DNA from: Acidobacteriota bacterium
Lineage (GTDB): Bacteria; Acidobacteriota; UBA6911; RPQK01; JAJDTT01
DNA: 64,000 bases
Assembly: GCA_965209055.1 (NCBI GenBank)
Contig: OZ242374.1
Location: 3,456,001 to 3,520,000 of the forward strand
Reading direction: 5' to 3'
How positions within the stretch are numbered: position 1 is the stretch's first letter; the number at the start of each line of letters is the position of its first letter. The notes beneath the pieces were generated by a model, which worked only from the letters and a program-made list of their open reading frames with translations, was not told where the DNA came from and searched no databases. The position numbers and the translations under genes were made by a program. Of this stretch, positions 37,767 to 47,715 are shown piece after piece.

Positions 37767-39502
37767 CGGCCTCGACTGCCGGTGCCGCCGCCTCGGCCAC
37801 CGGTCCCACCCCCTCGGGCGCCGCTCCGGTTGCTCGAGCTCCGGTTCCGGCGCGGCCCGAAGGCTCCGCTGAAGGGAGAAGTGCTGCCGCGCTGGACCTG
37901 GCCCGATTCGTCCAGCTTCCAGGTGATGATCTTCTCGTCTTCCTCCAGGTCACTGCGCAATATGGCCGTCTCCCTTCCGTCGGTGATCCCCAGGAGAACG
38001 CGGCGCGGCTGGGGCTCGGCGTTTTCGTCCAGCACCCAGAGCAGACCGGGCCGGGGACGGGTCCGCTCGGCGCGGGGAAACCGGATCTTGGGTCCGGGAC
38101 GGATGCCGTACTGTTCGATGGTGGAGATTCCAATCTCGGCATGGGAGATCTCGTCTCCGCCCCGGCGCGGTCCCCGCCGTTGCCCTCCGGGGCCCCGGCC
38201 TCGTCCGCCCCACGCCGGACGGCCGCCTCCGCCGTCAGCGTCGGCCAAGGCGGCCCGGTCGGCTCCCGGTCCTCGGCCGGGGCCGGCCATGGCGGTGCCG
38301 GGCCCGCCTCCCGAAGGCCGCCGTCCGCCGCCTCGCATCAACGCTCGAATCTCTTCCGGAGATATTCCCTCGGGCCGGAAACGAAGCGCCGAGTTGGCCA
38401 CTTTCAGCACGTCCGCTTCCTGAGCGACCACGAAGTTGACGGTGGCCGTCATGGAGGGCCGCAGCTTCAATTGCGTGTTCTCCACGTCGATGATGACGTT
38501 GTAGACCACCACGTTGGTGGCGCCGCCGCCGCTCTGCGCTCCGCCGGCCGATTCGGTGTTGGGGAGCTTGGAGCTCAAGCGGATCTCGGTAATCTTGCCC
38601 TCGAAGCTCTGTCCCGGAAACGCGTCCACGGCAAAATCGACCTGGGCCATTTCCGAGATGGCGCCGATGTCCGCTTCGTCAATCTGGGCGATGACCTGCA
38701 TCTTCGCCAAGTCGTTGGCGATCAGAAAAAGGACCGGCGCCTGGAAGCTGGCAGCGACGGTCTGGCCGATGTCCACGTTGCGCTCGATGACGACGCCGTC
38801 GATGGGAGAGGTGATGTTGGTGTAGTGCAGGTCGACCTGCGCCATCGTGAGGCTGGCCTTGGCTTGCTGCACGTTGGCGGCGGCTTGATCGTTCTGGGCG
38901 TGGGCCGAACGGATGGAGGCTTCCACTTGGCTGACCTGGGCGTGGTTCTGGCTCAGGCGCGCCTTGGCCTGGTCGAAGGCGGCCTGGGCGTTCTCCAGAT
39001 CGCGGTCCGAGATCACCTCGGCTTCGTAGAGCTCGCGGCTCCGTTTCAGCTCCCGCTCGGCTTCCTGTAGATTGACCTCGCCCACCTCCACGTTGGCCCG
39101 GGCGCTCTCCAATTCGGCCTCCCGGTTGATGAGGTTGGCCGCGGCGCTCTTGACGGCCGCTTCGGCGGTGGCCAGAGAGGCCTTGGCCCGCTCCATCTGG
39201 GCCTCGAAATTGGCCGGGTCGATGATGGCCAGGGTCTGGCCCTTCTTGACCACGCTGTTGAAGTCGGCATGGAGCTCCTGGATCCGTCCCGAGACCTGAC
39301 TTCCCACCTGCACCGTCACCACGGCCTGCAGCAGACCGGTGGAGCTGACGGTTCGCCTCACGTCTCCGCGGCTCACCGGGACGGTCAGGTAGTCTTCGCC
39401 CGGCTGGCTGTCGGAGGGGCCCAGGTAGAGATAGCCGGCCGCGGAAACGGCCAGGACCAGGATGATGGTGACGACGGTGCGGAGGGTGCGCTTTTTTCTC
39501 AC
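37763..39502 (-). CDS. MacA-type periplasmic adaptor (efflux RND/ABC membrane fusion protein) with Gly/Arg-rich linkers
   Basis: VQVGSQVSG, I.SPIDGVV, GQTVAASFQAP.LF, DEADIG, LRPSMTA; GTG start. Confidence 0.92.
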   Translation of the reverse strand: MRKKRTLRTVVTIILVLAVSAAGYLYLGPSDSQPGEDYLTVPVSRGDVRRTVSSTGLLQAVVTVQVGSQVSGRIQELHADFNSVVKKGQTLAIIDPANFEAQMERAKASLATAEAAVKSAAANLINREAELESARANVEVGEVNLQEAERELKRSRELYEAEVISDRDLENAQAAFDQAKARLSQNHAQVSQVEASIRSAHAQNDQAAANVQQAKASLTMAQVDLHYTNITSPIDGVVIERNVDIGQTVAASFQAPVLFLIANDLAKMQVIAQIDEADIGAISEMAQVDFAVDAFPGQSFEGKITEIRLSSKLPNTESAGGAQSGGGATNVVVYNVIIDVENTQLKLRPSMTATVNFVVAQEADVLKVANSALRFRPEGISPEEIRALMRGGGRRPSGGGPGTAMAGPGRGPGADRAALADADGGGGRPAWGGRGRGPGGQRRGPRRGGDEISHAEIGISTIEQYGIRPGPKIRFPRAERTRPRPGLLWVLDENAEPQPRRVLLGITDGRETAILRSDLEEDEKIITWKLDESGQVQRGSTSPFSGAFGPRRNRSSSNRSGARGGGTGGRGGGTGSRGR

Positions 39503-39569
39503 AAAATGATTATACGCCTGCCGATCTCACATGTTTCAACGAAAAATGAAGAGCTGCCGGAGAACCCGC

Positions 39570-41366
39570 TCAGCGCCCTTCGGAGGTCCCGGATCCGGAC
39601 TGGACAAGGGAGACTTCCACGTAGCGGACGCCCACCGGTTTGTCGCCCCTGTGAAGCACGGCCTGCAGGCGAGTTTCACCCTCATCCAGCAGGACCTGGT
39701 CAAACGTGACTTCGGATGTCTCCGGGTCGAAGGGTTGCATTCTTCGGACCTGTTGAAGCCTCAACTCGGCATTTCCACCACCGGATGCCGGACCGAAGAG
39801 GAACCGGATCCGATAGGCGCCCGCGCGATGGACCGTGATTTCCCAAAACCCCAGGTCGGTGTCTCCCCATCCGTCGGGACCCACCATGCGCCAGTCCTGG
39901 CGAGTGAGGATGACGGGGTCATCGTGGACCGTCCCCACCGCGATCCGGGGAGGAGCGTAGCCTCGAGAGGAGGAAACGTCCTGGAGCCAGTCCGCATAGG
40001 CGGAGCGAAGCCGCCCCACCACCTCGGGACGTCCGCCTGAAATATCCCGTTGTTCTCCCGGGTCGGCCTCCAGATCGTAGAGTTCCAGGGGATAGTCCTC
40101 GAATGTCTCGCCGGCGGGCAGACCGCGCGTGGCGAAGGCCACCGGCTGGACCAGCTTGTACCGCTGCTCGATGGCGGCGAAGTGGCGGAAGGGTTGGGGC
40201 TCGTTCCCCCGGTGGGACTGGATGAAGAGGGTCCGGTCGCCGGGATCCTGGCCGGCGCCGCCGAGCCGGGACATGAGGCTGACTCCGTCGAAGGCAACCC
40301 CGTCGGGAAACGCGATTCCGGCCGCCTCCAGCAGCGTGGGCATCAGGTCGATGTGGGCGGCGATGCGGCCGTCCGTGCCCGGCTCGAGCCGTCCCGGCCA
40401 GCGGAGCAGAAACGGCACCCGGATTCCCCCATCGTAGACGGTCCCCTTGAGTCCTCTGAGTCCGGCGGTGTACCGGCGCGTGGTGGCTCCGTTGTCGGTC
40501 ATGAAGATGAGGATCGTGTTTTTCTCCAGTTCCATCCGCTTCAGGCCGTCCAACAGACGGCCCACGTTGTCGTCGATGTTGGTGATCATGCCGTAGATGC
40601 GGGCATCCTTGTCCTCCAGTCCGGTCTCCAGGTAGGACTGGCGGTAGGGTTCGGGTACGTCGTAGGGGGAATGAGGCGCGTTGGTGGGGATGTAGACGAA
40701 GAAGGGGCTCTCCCGATTCTCCTCGATGAACTCCAGCGCCTCCCGGAAGAAGATGTCGGTGCAGTAGCCCGGGTACGGCTTGGCCTTCCCGTTGTGCTGC
40801 AGGATGGGGTCGAAATAGGAGGTTTCGGGCGGGTCGGAAGGCTGGCCGATGCCGCCGCCCTTGTGGACCACCGACTCCTGGAAGCCCTGGTCCATGGCCC
40901 GGAGTGGATAGTTGTCCCCCAGGTGCCACTTTCCGAAGATCCCGGTCCGGTAGCCCGCCTCCGAGAGAGTCTCGGCCAGGGTGACCTCGTCCGAGTGCAT
41001 CATGGCCCGTCCCACGTAGGTGTCCACCACGCCGGTCCGGTAGTTGTAGCGGCCGGTCATGAGGCTGGCCCGGGTGGGAGCGCAGACGGGAGAGACGTAG
41101 AACCGGGTCAGCTCCACGCTCTCGGTGGCCAGGCGGTCCAGGTGGGGCGTGCGGAGGACATCGTCCCCATGGCTTCCCAACTGGGCCCAGCCCTGGTCGT
41201 CGGTGATGACGAGAATGATGTTGGGCCGTTCCGCTTCCTGAGCCGGAGGCGGTGAACATCCGAGAATCCAACAGCACAACAGAAGCAGCAGCCCGGATCG
41301 GGTGCCGGCCCCGCGGGGGTGCCGGCCGGCTGTGGAGGCGAGTGGAGAATCAACTGTAGTGGACAT
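39570..41366 (-). CDS. Arylsulfatase (Cys-type formylglycine sulfatase)
   Basis: PNIILVITDDQG, CAPTRASLMTG, GKWHLG, NAPH, TDNG, ELYDL..DPGE. Confidence 0.93.
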   Translation of the reverse strand: MSTTVDSPLASTAGRHPRGAGTRSGLLLLLCCWILGCSPPPAQEAERPNIILVITDDQGWAQLGSHGDDVLRTPHLDRLATESVELTRFYVSPVCAPTRASLMTGRYNYRTGVVDTYVGRAMMHSDEVTLAETLSEAGYRTGIFGKWHLGDNYPLRAMDQGFQESVVHKGGGIGQPSDPPETSYFDPILQHNGKAKPYPGYCTDIFFREALEFIEENRESPFFVYIPTNAPHSPYDVPEPYRQSYLETGLEDKDARIYGMITNIDDNVGRLLDGLKRMELEKNTILIFMTDNGATTRRYTAGLRGLKGTVYDGGIRVPFLLRWPGRLEPGTDGRIAAHIDLMPTLLEAAGIAFPDGVAFDGVSLMSRLGGAGQDPGDRTLFIQSHRGNEPQPFRHFAAIEQRYKLVQPVAFATRGLPAGETFEDYPLELYDLEADPGEQRDISGGRPEVVGRLRSAYADWLQDVSSSRGYAPPRIAVGTVHDDPVILTRQDWRMVGPDGWGDTDLGFWEITVHRAGAYRIRFLFGPASGGGNAELRLQQVRRMQPFDPETSEVTFDQVLLDEGETRLQAVLHRGDKPVGVRYVEVSLVQSGSGTSEGR

Positions 41367-43026
41367 GGAGAAGAATCTGCTTGAGGTTCAATTTCCCGCT
41401 GGCCCGGGAACTGCGCTTCGCAACGCCGATCTCGAACCGGTTCATCCCCTGGCGGACCGGATCGGCCGAGAGCTTCCCGGACCGGAAGGGAACCCCCTTT
41501 TCCCCTTCCTTGCGAGGCGGCCGGACGCCTTCGGAATCCAACTCCACGGGCGTCTGATTGAGGGTGATCTCCAAGCGTTCGCCCGGCATCAGGTTGGGGA
41601 CCTCCACTTCGATGTCCACACTCTTCAATCGTCCCGCTTTTTCGGCGGCAGGCAGGTCGTCTCCGACCCGCATCTCGACCGCTGTCCGGTCTTGACCGGG
41701 GCTTTCCGCCAAGTCCACCGGAACCTGGCCCGGATAGCTGGCGATGGAGTAGGGGCCGACGTTGCCCATGACGTCCACCGTCTGGACGTAGTCGATGGCG
41801 AAGGTCTTGTCCTGGTAACGGAGCGCGTCGCTGGAACCGATGTGGTTCAGGACTTCGTAGCCTTCCGCCGCAGGCCGTCCGTAGGAGATCCTGGGCACCC
41901 TGCGGTATTGGAAATTCCAGAGATAGATTCCGTCGGCTCCGGCCCAGAGGATGTTGGAAGCGGCCCCCCGGAAGGCGGCGTCGGAACCGAACATTTGAGT
42001 GCCGCAGTTGATGCAGGGGTAGACGGGGACCTGGTGCCGGTGGCCCAGTCGGACCAGCTCCTCGGCCGGATTGGTGAAGGGGACGTAGCCTCCGCCGATG
42101 AGAAGGCGGTCCACCAGCCCCTCCTTCAGCCAGGTCTCGATGTCGATGCCGATGCGCCGGCAGGCGGCCACGGTTCCCGGGCTGCGGATTCCAAGCATCA
42201 GCGGCCGGCCCCGGCGCTCCGACTCCCGGTCCAGGACCTTGCGGGCCGAGCGGATCAGGTCGGTCATCAGGGGCATCCCTTCTTCCTCCTTGCCCGTCTT
42301 GAAGTACCAGGGCATGCGGAAGAAGTTCAGGTCCACACCCGCCACGTCGTATTTTTCAACCGTGTTGCGGATCCACCAGAGCCGGTCCTCCCGGACCTGG
42401 GGAACGGCGAAATCCAGGCCCGACCAGATGGCGGCCGCCTGGCTGCTGAACACCGGTCCCTTCATGCTCTCGTCCCCCAGCAGCCATTCCGGGTGCTCCA
42501 CCTTGAGGGGATAGATCAGCTTGCCCGCGGGCATGCCGTAGGAGTCGTGGGTGTCGTTCATCCGCAGGGAGCCGAAGAGTTCGACGTCCCGCCCGCGGGC
42601 GGCATCCACCATGACGGGAGTGGGATCTGAGATGACCGGATTCAGGGGTTTGCCGAGCTGTTGAGTCTCCCAGTAGCGGGTCTTTCCTTTGCCGATGGCG
42701 ATAGCCCACATGATGCACCAGGCGATGCTGTCCACGGGGGTCTCCAGGATGGGAACGAAGCGTTGGGCCAGGAAGGCCTCCACGCTCTTTTCGGCGTCGT
42801 CGCTGTAGCAGAGGTCTCCGTCATCGTCCAGGATGACGCGCCGCCGGCGCCAGGCGGCTTCCCGCCTCTGCTCCACGAGCCGGGCCGCCGAATTGCCGCC
42901 GCAGCCGGTCAGCCCTCCGGCAAGAGAGGCGGACAGTGCCAACCCCGTTCCCTGCAGGAACTGCCGGCGGGAGGGAGATTTTAGGATCGAAGTACTCTCG
43001 GGATCGCTGGCGGGCCGGTTTTTCAT
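41350..43026 (-). CDS. Tat-exported glycoside-hydrolase-like (GHL10-type TIM barrel) hypothetical protein
   Basis: SRRQFL Tat signal; DDGD, SLRMNDTH, HPEWL, LDFA..QVR, GADGIYLWNF motifs. Confidence 0.65.
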   Translation of the reverse strand: MKNRPASDPESTSILKSPSRRQFLQGTGLALSASLAGGLTGCGGNSAARLVEQRREAAWRRRRVILDDDGDLCYSDDAEKSVEAFLAQRFVPILETPVDSIAWCIMWAIAIGKGKTRYWETQQLGKPLNPVISDPTPVMVDAARGRDVELFGSLRMNDTHDSYGMPAGKLIYPLKVEHPEWLLGDESMKGPVFSSQAAAIWSGLDFAVPQVREDRLWWIRNTVEKYDVAGVDLNFFRMPWYFKTGKEEEGMPLMTDLIRSARKVLDRESERRGRPLMLGIRSPGTVAACRRIGIDIETWLKEGLVDRLLIGGGYVPFTNPAEELVRLGHRHQVPVYPCINCGTQMFGSDAAFRGAASNILWAGADGIYLWNFQYRRVPRISYGRPAAEGYEVLNHIGSSDALRYQDKTFAIDYVQTVDVMGNVGPYSIASYPGQVPVDLAESPGQDRTAVEMRVGDDLPAAEKAGRLKSVDIEVEVPNLMPGERLEITLNQTPVELDSEGVRPPRKEGEKGVPFRSGKLSADPVRQGMNRFEIGVAKRSSRASGKLNLKQILLHVHYS

Positions 43027-43104
43027 GGTCCAGAGAATAGCACCTCGAAGCCCCTGCGGCATGACGTTGATCAGTTCCCGAAGGGGCGGCCTATAATTGC
43101 TTCG

Positions 43105-43998
43105 GTGCGTCTCGTCTTCGGTATTTCATTGCTGTCGTTTCTGGTGGGGACCCAGCCCGAGTCCGCCCGGGAGCTGACGGAGAAATCGATCCGGGAACTG
43201 CGGCTGATGGTGGTGGAGTTCATCAACCAGGATCGGCTAAAGGCCTCGGCCCGGCCAGTGGTGTATTCCGAACCCCTCTCCCTGCTGGCCGACGAGCATT
43301 GCCGGGAGATGCTGCGGGAAGGCTACACCAGCCACTGGAACCGGGCCGGCTGGAAGCCATACATGCGCTATTCCCAGGGCGGGGTCACCGATCATACCTC
43401 CGAAAACATCGCCAGCATGAACAGCACCGGCTTCGAGGTGAGCTTCGACTCCGTCAAGGCCGAATTGACCGCGCGCCACGAGAGCCTCATCGGTGAGGAA
43501 CCGCCGTACGACCAGCACCGCCAAAACATCCTGGACCCTCACCATACCCATGTCGGAATCGGGGTGGCCTACAGCAGGGCGGGCCTGCGGATGATCCAGA
43601 TCTTCGCCCGGCGGTACGTGAGCCTGGAGCCCATTCCCGCAAGGCAGGGACCCTCCGCCAGCGTTCAACTGAAGGGCAAGTTGCTCGTGCCCGGATACGA
43701 TCTCCAGGCGATCTCCGTCTTCTACGAACCCCTGCCGGAAGAGATGTCACTGGCGCAGTTGATGGGGACGTATTCCTATGCTTTGCCCGCTGACGAGAAG
43801 ATCTACAGGACCCGTCTGCCCTCGATCATGCGCTACGCCGACGGCACCCGGGGATCGGTGGACGTCCGGGGCCGGTCCTTCTCCCAGACCATCTCCTTCC
43901 CCTCCCGGAAAGGGGTCTACACCCTGGTCGTCTGGCTCGAGAAAGAAAACGAGGTTCGGGGCTTCACGGCCACCAACGCCACCGTCTTCGTGGAGTGA
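43105..43998 (+). CDS. CAP (SCP-like) domain protein
   Basis: IN..R, A..H..EM....Y.SH, ENIA, HRQNILDP.HTHVGIG; GTG start. Confidence 0.85.
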   Translation: MRLVFGISLLSFLVGTQPESARELTEKSIRELRLMVVEFINQDRLKASARPVVYSEPLSLLADEHCREMLREGYTSHWNRAGWKPYMRYSQGGVTDHTSENIASMNSTGFEVSFDSVKAELTARHESLIGEEPPYDQHRQNILDPHHTHVGIGVAYSRAGLRMIQIFARRYVSLEPIPARQGPSASVQLKGKLLVPGYDLQAISVFYEPLPEEMSLAQLMGTYSYALPADEKIYRTRLPSIMRYADGTRGSVDVRGRSFSQTISFPSRKGVYTLVVWLEKENEVRGFTATNATVFVE

Positions 43999-44087
43999 GA
44001 CGGAGAACTTCCTAGTTCGTTGAGATCACTCTAGATAGGCGCCTCGTGCACTCGGTAGGTTCCAATCGGACCTCATTCCGAAACTTC

Positions 44088-44129
44088 CCAACAAATCTGT
44101 TGCCAACAAATCCGTTGGTAATGTATGAT
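44088..44129 (+). promoter_or_regulatory. Putative promoter with tandem palindromic operator-like repeats
   Basis: CCAACAAATCTGTTG / CCAACAAATCCGTTG direct repeat (44088-44117) overlapping TTGCCA (44100-44105), 18 nt spacer, TATGAT (44124-44129). Confidence 0.55.
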
Positions 44130-44153
44130 GGGTTTTGTAGAGGAACCAGATAG

Positions 44154-45419
44154 GAAAAACTCAAGAAGGCAGGTGGCAACTGGGTCGACGGAGATCGATT
44201 CTTCGATCGAGACGTCGAACTTGAGGCATTGAGTGAGCGTGTCAAAGAGGGAACCCACACTCTGCTGACGGCGCAGCGCCGGATGGGTAAGACGAGCCTA
44301 GTAAGGGAACTGTTACGCCAACTGGCGGATGAAGGCAGCTTCGAGACCATCTTTGTCGATCTGGAAGGCGCTAACGACTCCGCTGACGCCATCGCCGAGA
44401 TTGCAATCCAGACACGATCGGTTCGGACTGTTTGGGGTCGTATCAAGTCCGGTTTCGCGAACTTCCTGGAAGACTTTGGTGATCGAATCGAAGCCTTGGA
44501 AGTAGCCGACGTGAAGGTCAAGTTGCGCGCCGGAATCGATGCCGGAAACTGGCGCCAGCGAGGTGATCAAATCTTCACGGCACTTGCATTGAGCGAGAAA
44601 CCAGTTGTGTTGGCCATCGATGAGTTGCCGATCCTAATCAACAGACTACTCAAGGGTCAGGACTACCGGATCACGCCGGACCGGCGGGACGCGGCAGACC
44701 AGTTTTTGAGTTGGCTCCGCAAGAATGGGCAGACCCATCGGGGGCGGGTATCCATGATCGTCTCGGGCAGCGTTGGTCTTGAACCCGTTCTCAAACAAGC
44801 CGGCCTCAGCGCGCAGGCAAATATTTTTTCGCCGTTCGACTTGAGACCTTGGAGCCGGGAAATTTCCATCAAATGCCTGGGATCGCTGGCGTATACCTAC
44901 GGCTTGGACCTATCTCGTGAGGTCCGATCCGAGATGTGCCACCGTCTCCGATGCTGTGTTCCCCACCACGTACAGCAGTTTTTCGACCATCTTCATGAAC
45001 ATTTGCGCCGGAATAAAAGACTCGCAGCGACACTCGCCGATGTCGGCCATGTGTATGAGCAGGATCTTCTCAGCGTCCGTGGCCAAATCGATCTGGAGCA
45101 CTATGAGAGCCGGCTGAGGATGATTCTGGGAACTGAAAGCTACAAGACCGCACTCAGTCTGTTGACGGAGACAGCGGTAGGCGATGCTCTACTGAGGTGG
45201 AAATCGATCGAGAAGTATCGCGGCGGTCATTCGTCAGGTTCTGGGGATTCGGTGACAATCGAAGATGTTCTGTACACCTTGGAGCATGACGGTTATCTGG
45301 CCGCCGACTCCGATGGTTATCGGTTTGTTTCGGGTCTGCTTGAAGACTGGTGGAAGGCCCGACACGGTGCGTATTTCATTCCGATCGACAGGCGAAGATC
45401 GAGACAAGAGGCGAAGTGA
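44154..45419 (+). CDS. P-loop ATPase (archaeal ATPase/STAND-related) with C-terminal winged helix; original start codon appears disrupted
   Basis: GNWVDGDRFFDRDVEL pre-Walker motif lies in frame upstream of the TTG at 44229; Walker A AQRRMGKTS, Walker B LAIDELP; in-frame TAG at 44151-44153. Confidence 0.8.
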   Translation, partial: EKLKKAGGNWVDGDRFFDRDVELEALSERVKEGTHTLLTAQRRMGKTSLVRELLRQLADEGSFETIFVDLEGANDSADAIAEIAIQTRSVRTVWGRIKSGFANFLEDFGDRIEALEVADVKVKLRAGIDAGNWRQRGDQIFTALALSEKPVVLAIDELPILINRLLKGQDYRITPDRRDAADQFLSWLRKNGQTHRGRVSMIVSGSVGLEPVLKQAGLSAQANIFSPFDLRPWSREISIKCLGSLAYTYGLDLSREVRSEMCHRLRCCVPHHVQQFFDHLHEHLRRNKRLAATLADVGHVYEQDLLSVRGQIDLEHYESRLRMILGTESYKTALSLLTETAVGDALLRWKSIEKYRGGHSSGSGDSVTIEDVLYTLEHDGYLAADSDGYRFVSGLLEDWWKARHGAYFIPIDRRRSRQEAK

Positions 45420-47617
45420 TGAAGGCAATCACCAAGAAATACAATCCGGGGTTTTTGACCGACGACGAACTCTTGCAATCGTTCTGTGTACGGACCGGCG
45501 AATTTGAATCGATCGTCGAAACTCTAAGCGAGAGCACCGGAAATTCGAATCCACACATCATCGTCATCGGTCCACGTGGCAGCGGTAAGACTCACCTGTT
45601 GCTTCGAGTCGCGGTCGAGATCCGGCGAAACCCCAAGTTGGAGAGGTTTTTCCCCGTCGTATTCGCCGAGGAGAGCTACGAGGTTACGACTTGCGGCGAA
45701 TTCTGGTTGGAATGCCTTGGCCGTCTTGCGGACCAGGCACCGTCCACGGATGGTGTGGATCTGCACCGTACCTACGAAGACCTGAGATCCAGTCCGGATG
45801 ATTTCATTTTGTCGGAGCGTTGTCTCGGGGTGCTCTTGGATTTCGCCGACCGTCACAGCCAACGTCTGGTGCTCCTGGTCGAGAATCTGAACATGTTATT
45901 CGCGGACATGCTCGACCCGGACGCGGGATGGCGGTTGAGAAAGACGTTACAAACGGAACCACGAATTCTCTTGCTCGGAAGCGCAACCAGCCGATTCAAG
46001 GAGATCGACCATCCCGAAAATGCTCTCTACGACCTCTTTCGGATCATCACCCTTAATCCACTCAATACCAGTGAGTGCGCAACGCTTTGGAAGACCGTTT
46101 CCGGACGATCTGCTGAGTTGCGGACCATCAGGCCGCTGCAAATTCTCACCGGCGGCAGCCCCCGATTGCTTACCATCGTCTCTTTTTTCGGGGCGGGGCA
46201 ATCATTCCGTGAATTGATGGAAAACTTACTAGCACTGGTCGACGATCACACGGAGTACTTCAAGAGTCATCTCGACTCACTGCCGGTCCAGGAACGACGG
46301 GTCTACCTGGCACTCGCGAGGCTTTGGAAGCCGTCGCTTTCCAGGGAAATCGCGGATTTGGCGCGTCTGGACACGAACCGGTGCAGCGCTTTGCTCGCAC
46401 GTCTTCTACAACGTGGTGCGGTAACCGTTGAAGGAGGAACTGCCCGGCGCAAACAATACTATCTGACCGAGCGTCTATACAACATCTACTACTTGCTGCG
46501 TCGTGGTTCCGGAGCAGCGTCCATGGTGGAAGCACTCATTCAATTTATGGCCTCGTACTATTCGCCTGATGAATTATTGGAATTAGGCAAGCGAATTGCG
46601 GCTGAGACAGGAGTTGGTGACCAGCGAGCAAGGGAACTCGCTCGGGCGGCATTCGCAAATCTACTTGACTTACCGTTGCTAACGTCATATCGGGAGTCAC
46701 TCCTTACCGACGAAGATGTTGTCAGCGCATTTGGGTCAATGAGCACCCCGGAAATAGCACCACAAATCGCCTATGCGCTTATAGCAAAAGCTGCCAAATT
46801 AGGTCCGACAGAACCGGCACTTACCATTTATGACGATGTAATCGATCGATTCGGTTCCTCTGAAACGTCTGAGCTCTTGCAAGTAGTGCAGTTCGCTTAC
46901 ATTCTAAAGGCGGCTATTCTCATTGGAATTGGTCGAAATAGTAAGGCGGTTACGGTCTGCGACGAGATTGTGAACCGATTCCGAACCCGTAGGGATCCAG
47001 TATCCTTAATGTTATTGGCGATGGCATTTTTCAGCAAAGGAAGCGCGTTGCAATTGATTGGCGACGCTCCAAACGCGGTCCATGCGTTTGATCAAGCACT
47101 AAATCGGCTTAGTACAGCCGAAGCAAAGGAAATTAAGGGCCTTAGTCCAATTGTTGCCAATACAATCCTGGGCAAGGGGTATGCGTATCATAAGAATAAC
47201 CAACCAGGAGATGCTCTTGCCGCTTTCAACGAGGTCGCAACGCGATTCGGTGGAACCGACGATCCGCAGACCGCTAAAGTGGTGGCAACTGCCGTCGTAA
47301 GGAAAATTATTCTCCAATGTGAAATGAATCGCATTGTCAGCCAAAATGAGGTCGTGATGCTGCTGGAGCACCTACCGGCGATGGATTATCTTCCCGTAGG
47401 ATGTGTGCCTCTACTGATTCAATTTAGCGTCATGTCTGGCCCAGACCGTGCTCTTGAGTTGATCCAAGTGTCTCGGGCCTCTGATCGGTTGTTGCCCCTG
47501 GTCACCGCTTTAGAACAAATCCTCGGTCGCTCGCCTCGGGTAGCTCGGGAAGTTGCAGAGATTGCGGCTGATATACGGCAGGAACTAGAAGAAAAGATAG
47601 CTCTCGCCCGACACTGA
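45419..47617 (+). CDS. STAND-like ATPase with winged-HTH and TPR-like C-terminal region
   Basis: KYNPGF; Walker A GPRGSGKT; LLVENL; TGGSPR (GxP); HTH SREIADLARL..; TPR-like A...yd.vi.rfg repeats; ATG overlaps the upstream TGA. Confidence 0.85.
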   Translation: MKAITKKYNPGFLTDDELLQSFCVRTGEFESIVETLSESTGNSNPHIIVIGPRGSGKTHLLLRVAVEIRRNPKLERFFPVVFAEESYEVTTCGEFWLECLGRLADQAPSTDGVDLHRTYEDLRSSPDDFILSERCLGVLLDFADRHSQRLVLLVENLNMLFADMLDPDAGWRLRKTLQTEPRILLLGSATSRFKEIDHPENALYDLFRIITLNPLNTSECATLWKTVSGRSAELRTIRPLQILTGGSPRLLTIVSFFGAGQSFRELMENLLALVDDHTEYFKSHLDSLPVQERRVYLALARLWKPSLSREIADLARLDTNRCSALLARLLQRGAVTVEGGTARRKQYYLTERLYNIYYLLRRGSGAASMVEALIQFMASYYSPDELLELGKRIAAETGVGDQRARELARAAFANLLDLPLLTSYRESLLTDEDVVSAFGSMSTPEIAPQIAYALIAKAAKLGPTEPALTIYDDVIDRFGSSETSELLQVVQFAYILKAAILIGIGRNSKAVTVCDEIVNRFRTRRDPVSLMLLAMAFFSKGSALQLIGDAPNAVHAFDQALNRLSTAEAKEIKGLSPIVANTILGKGYAYHKNNQPGDALAAFNEVATRFGGTDDPQTAKVVATAVVRKIILQCEMNRIVSQNEVVMLLEHLPAMDYLPVGCVPLLIQFSVMSGPDRALELIQVSRASDRLLPLVTALEQILGRSPRVAREVAEIAADIRQELEEKIALARH

Positions 47618-47715
47618 TCAGGTTGCACCAGTATAGAAACGCACCGCCGGGGATTCGAAATCACTGTCGGCAGGCGTTTGTCACGACACGAGAAGCAAGT
47701 CGCCTCGGCATCGTC

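Noticed and set aside
37763-38340. Gly/Arg-rich low-complexity stretches in the MacA-like protein as a novel repeat element
   Set aside because: Such disordered Gly-rich linkers and tails are common in MacA-type adaptors of high-GC bacteria; no exact DNA tandem repeat.
44088-44118. Possible CRISPR repeat
   Set aside because: Only two adjacent 15-mers with no spacer and no cas genes; treated as operator-like.
47641-47662. tRNA T-arm-like fragment (reverse strand GATTTCGAATCCCCGGCGGTGC) at the right edge of the ATPase island
   Set aside because: No cloverleaf, no CCA end, no matching direct repeat at the left edge and no integrase; too weak to call an att site.
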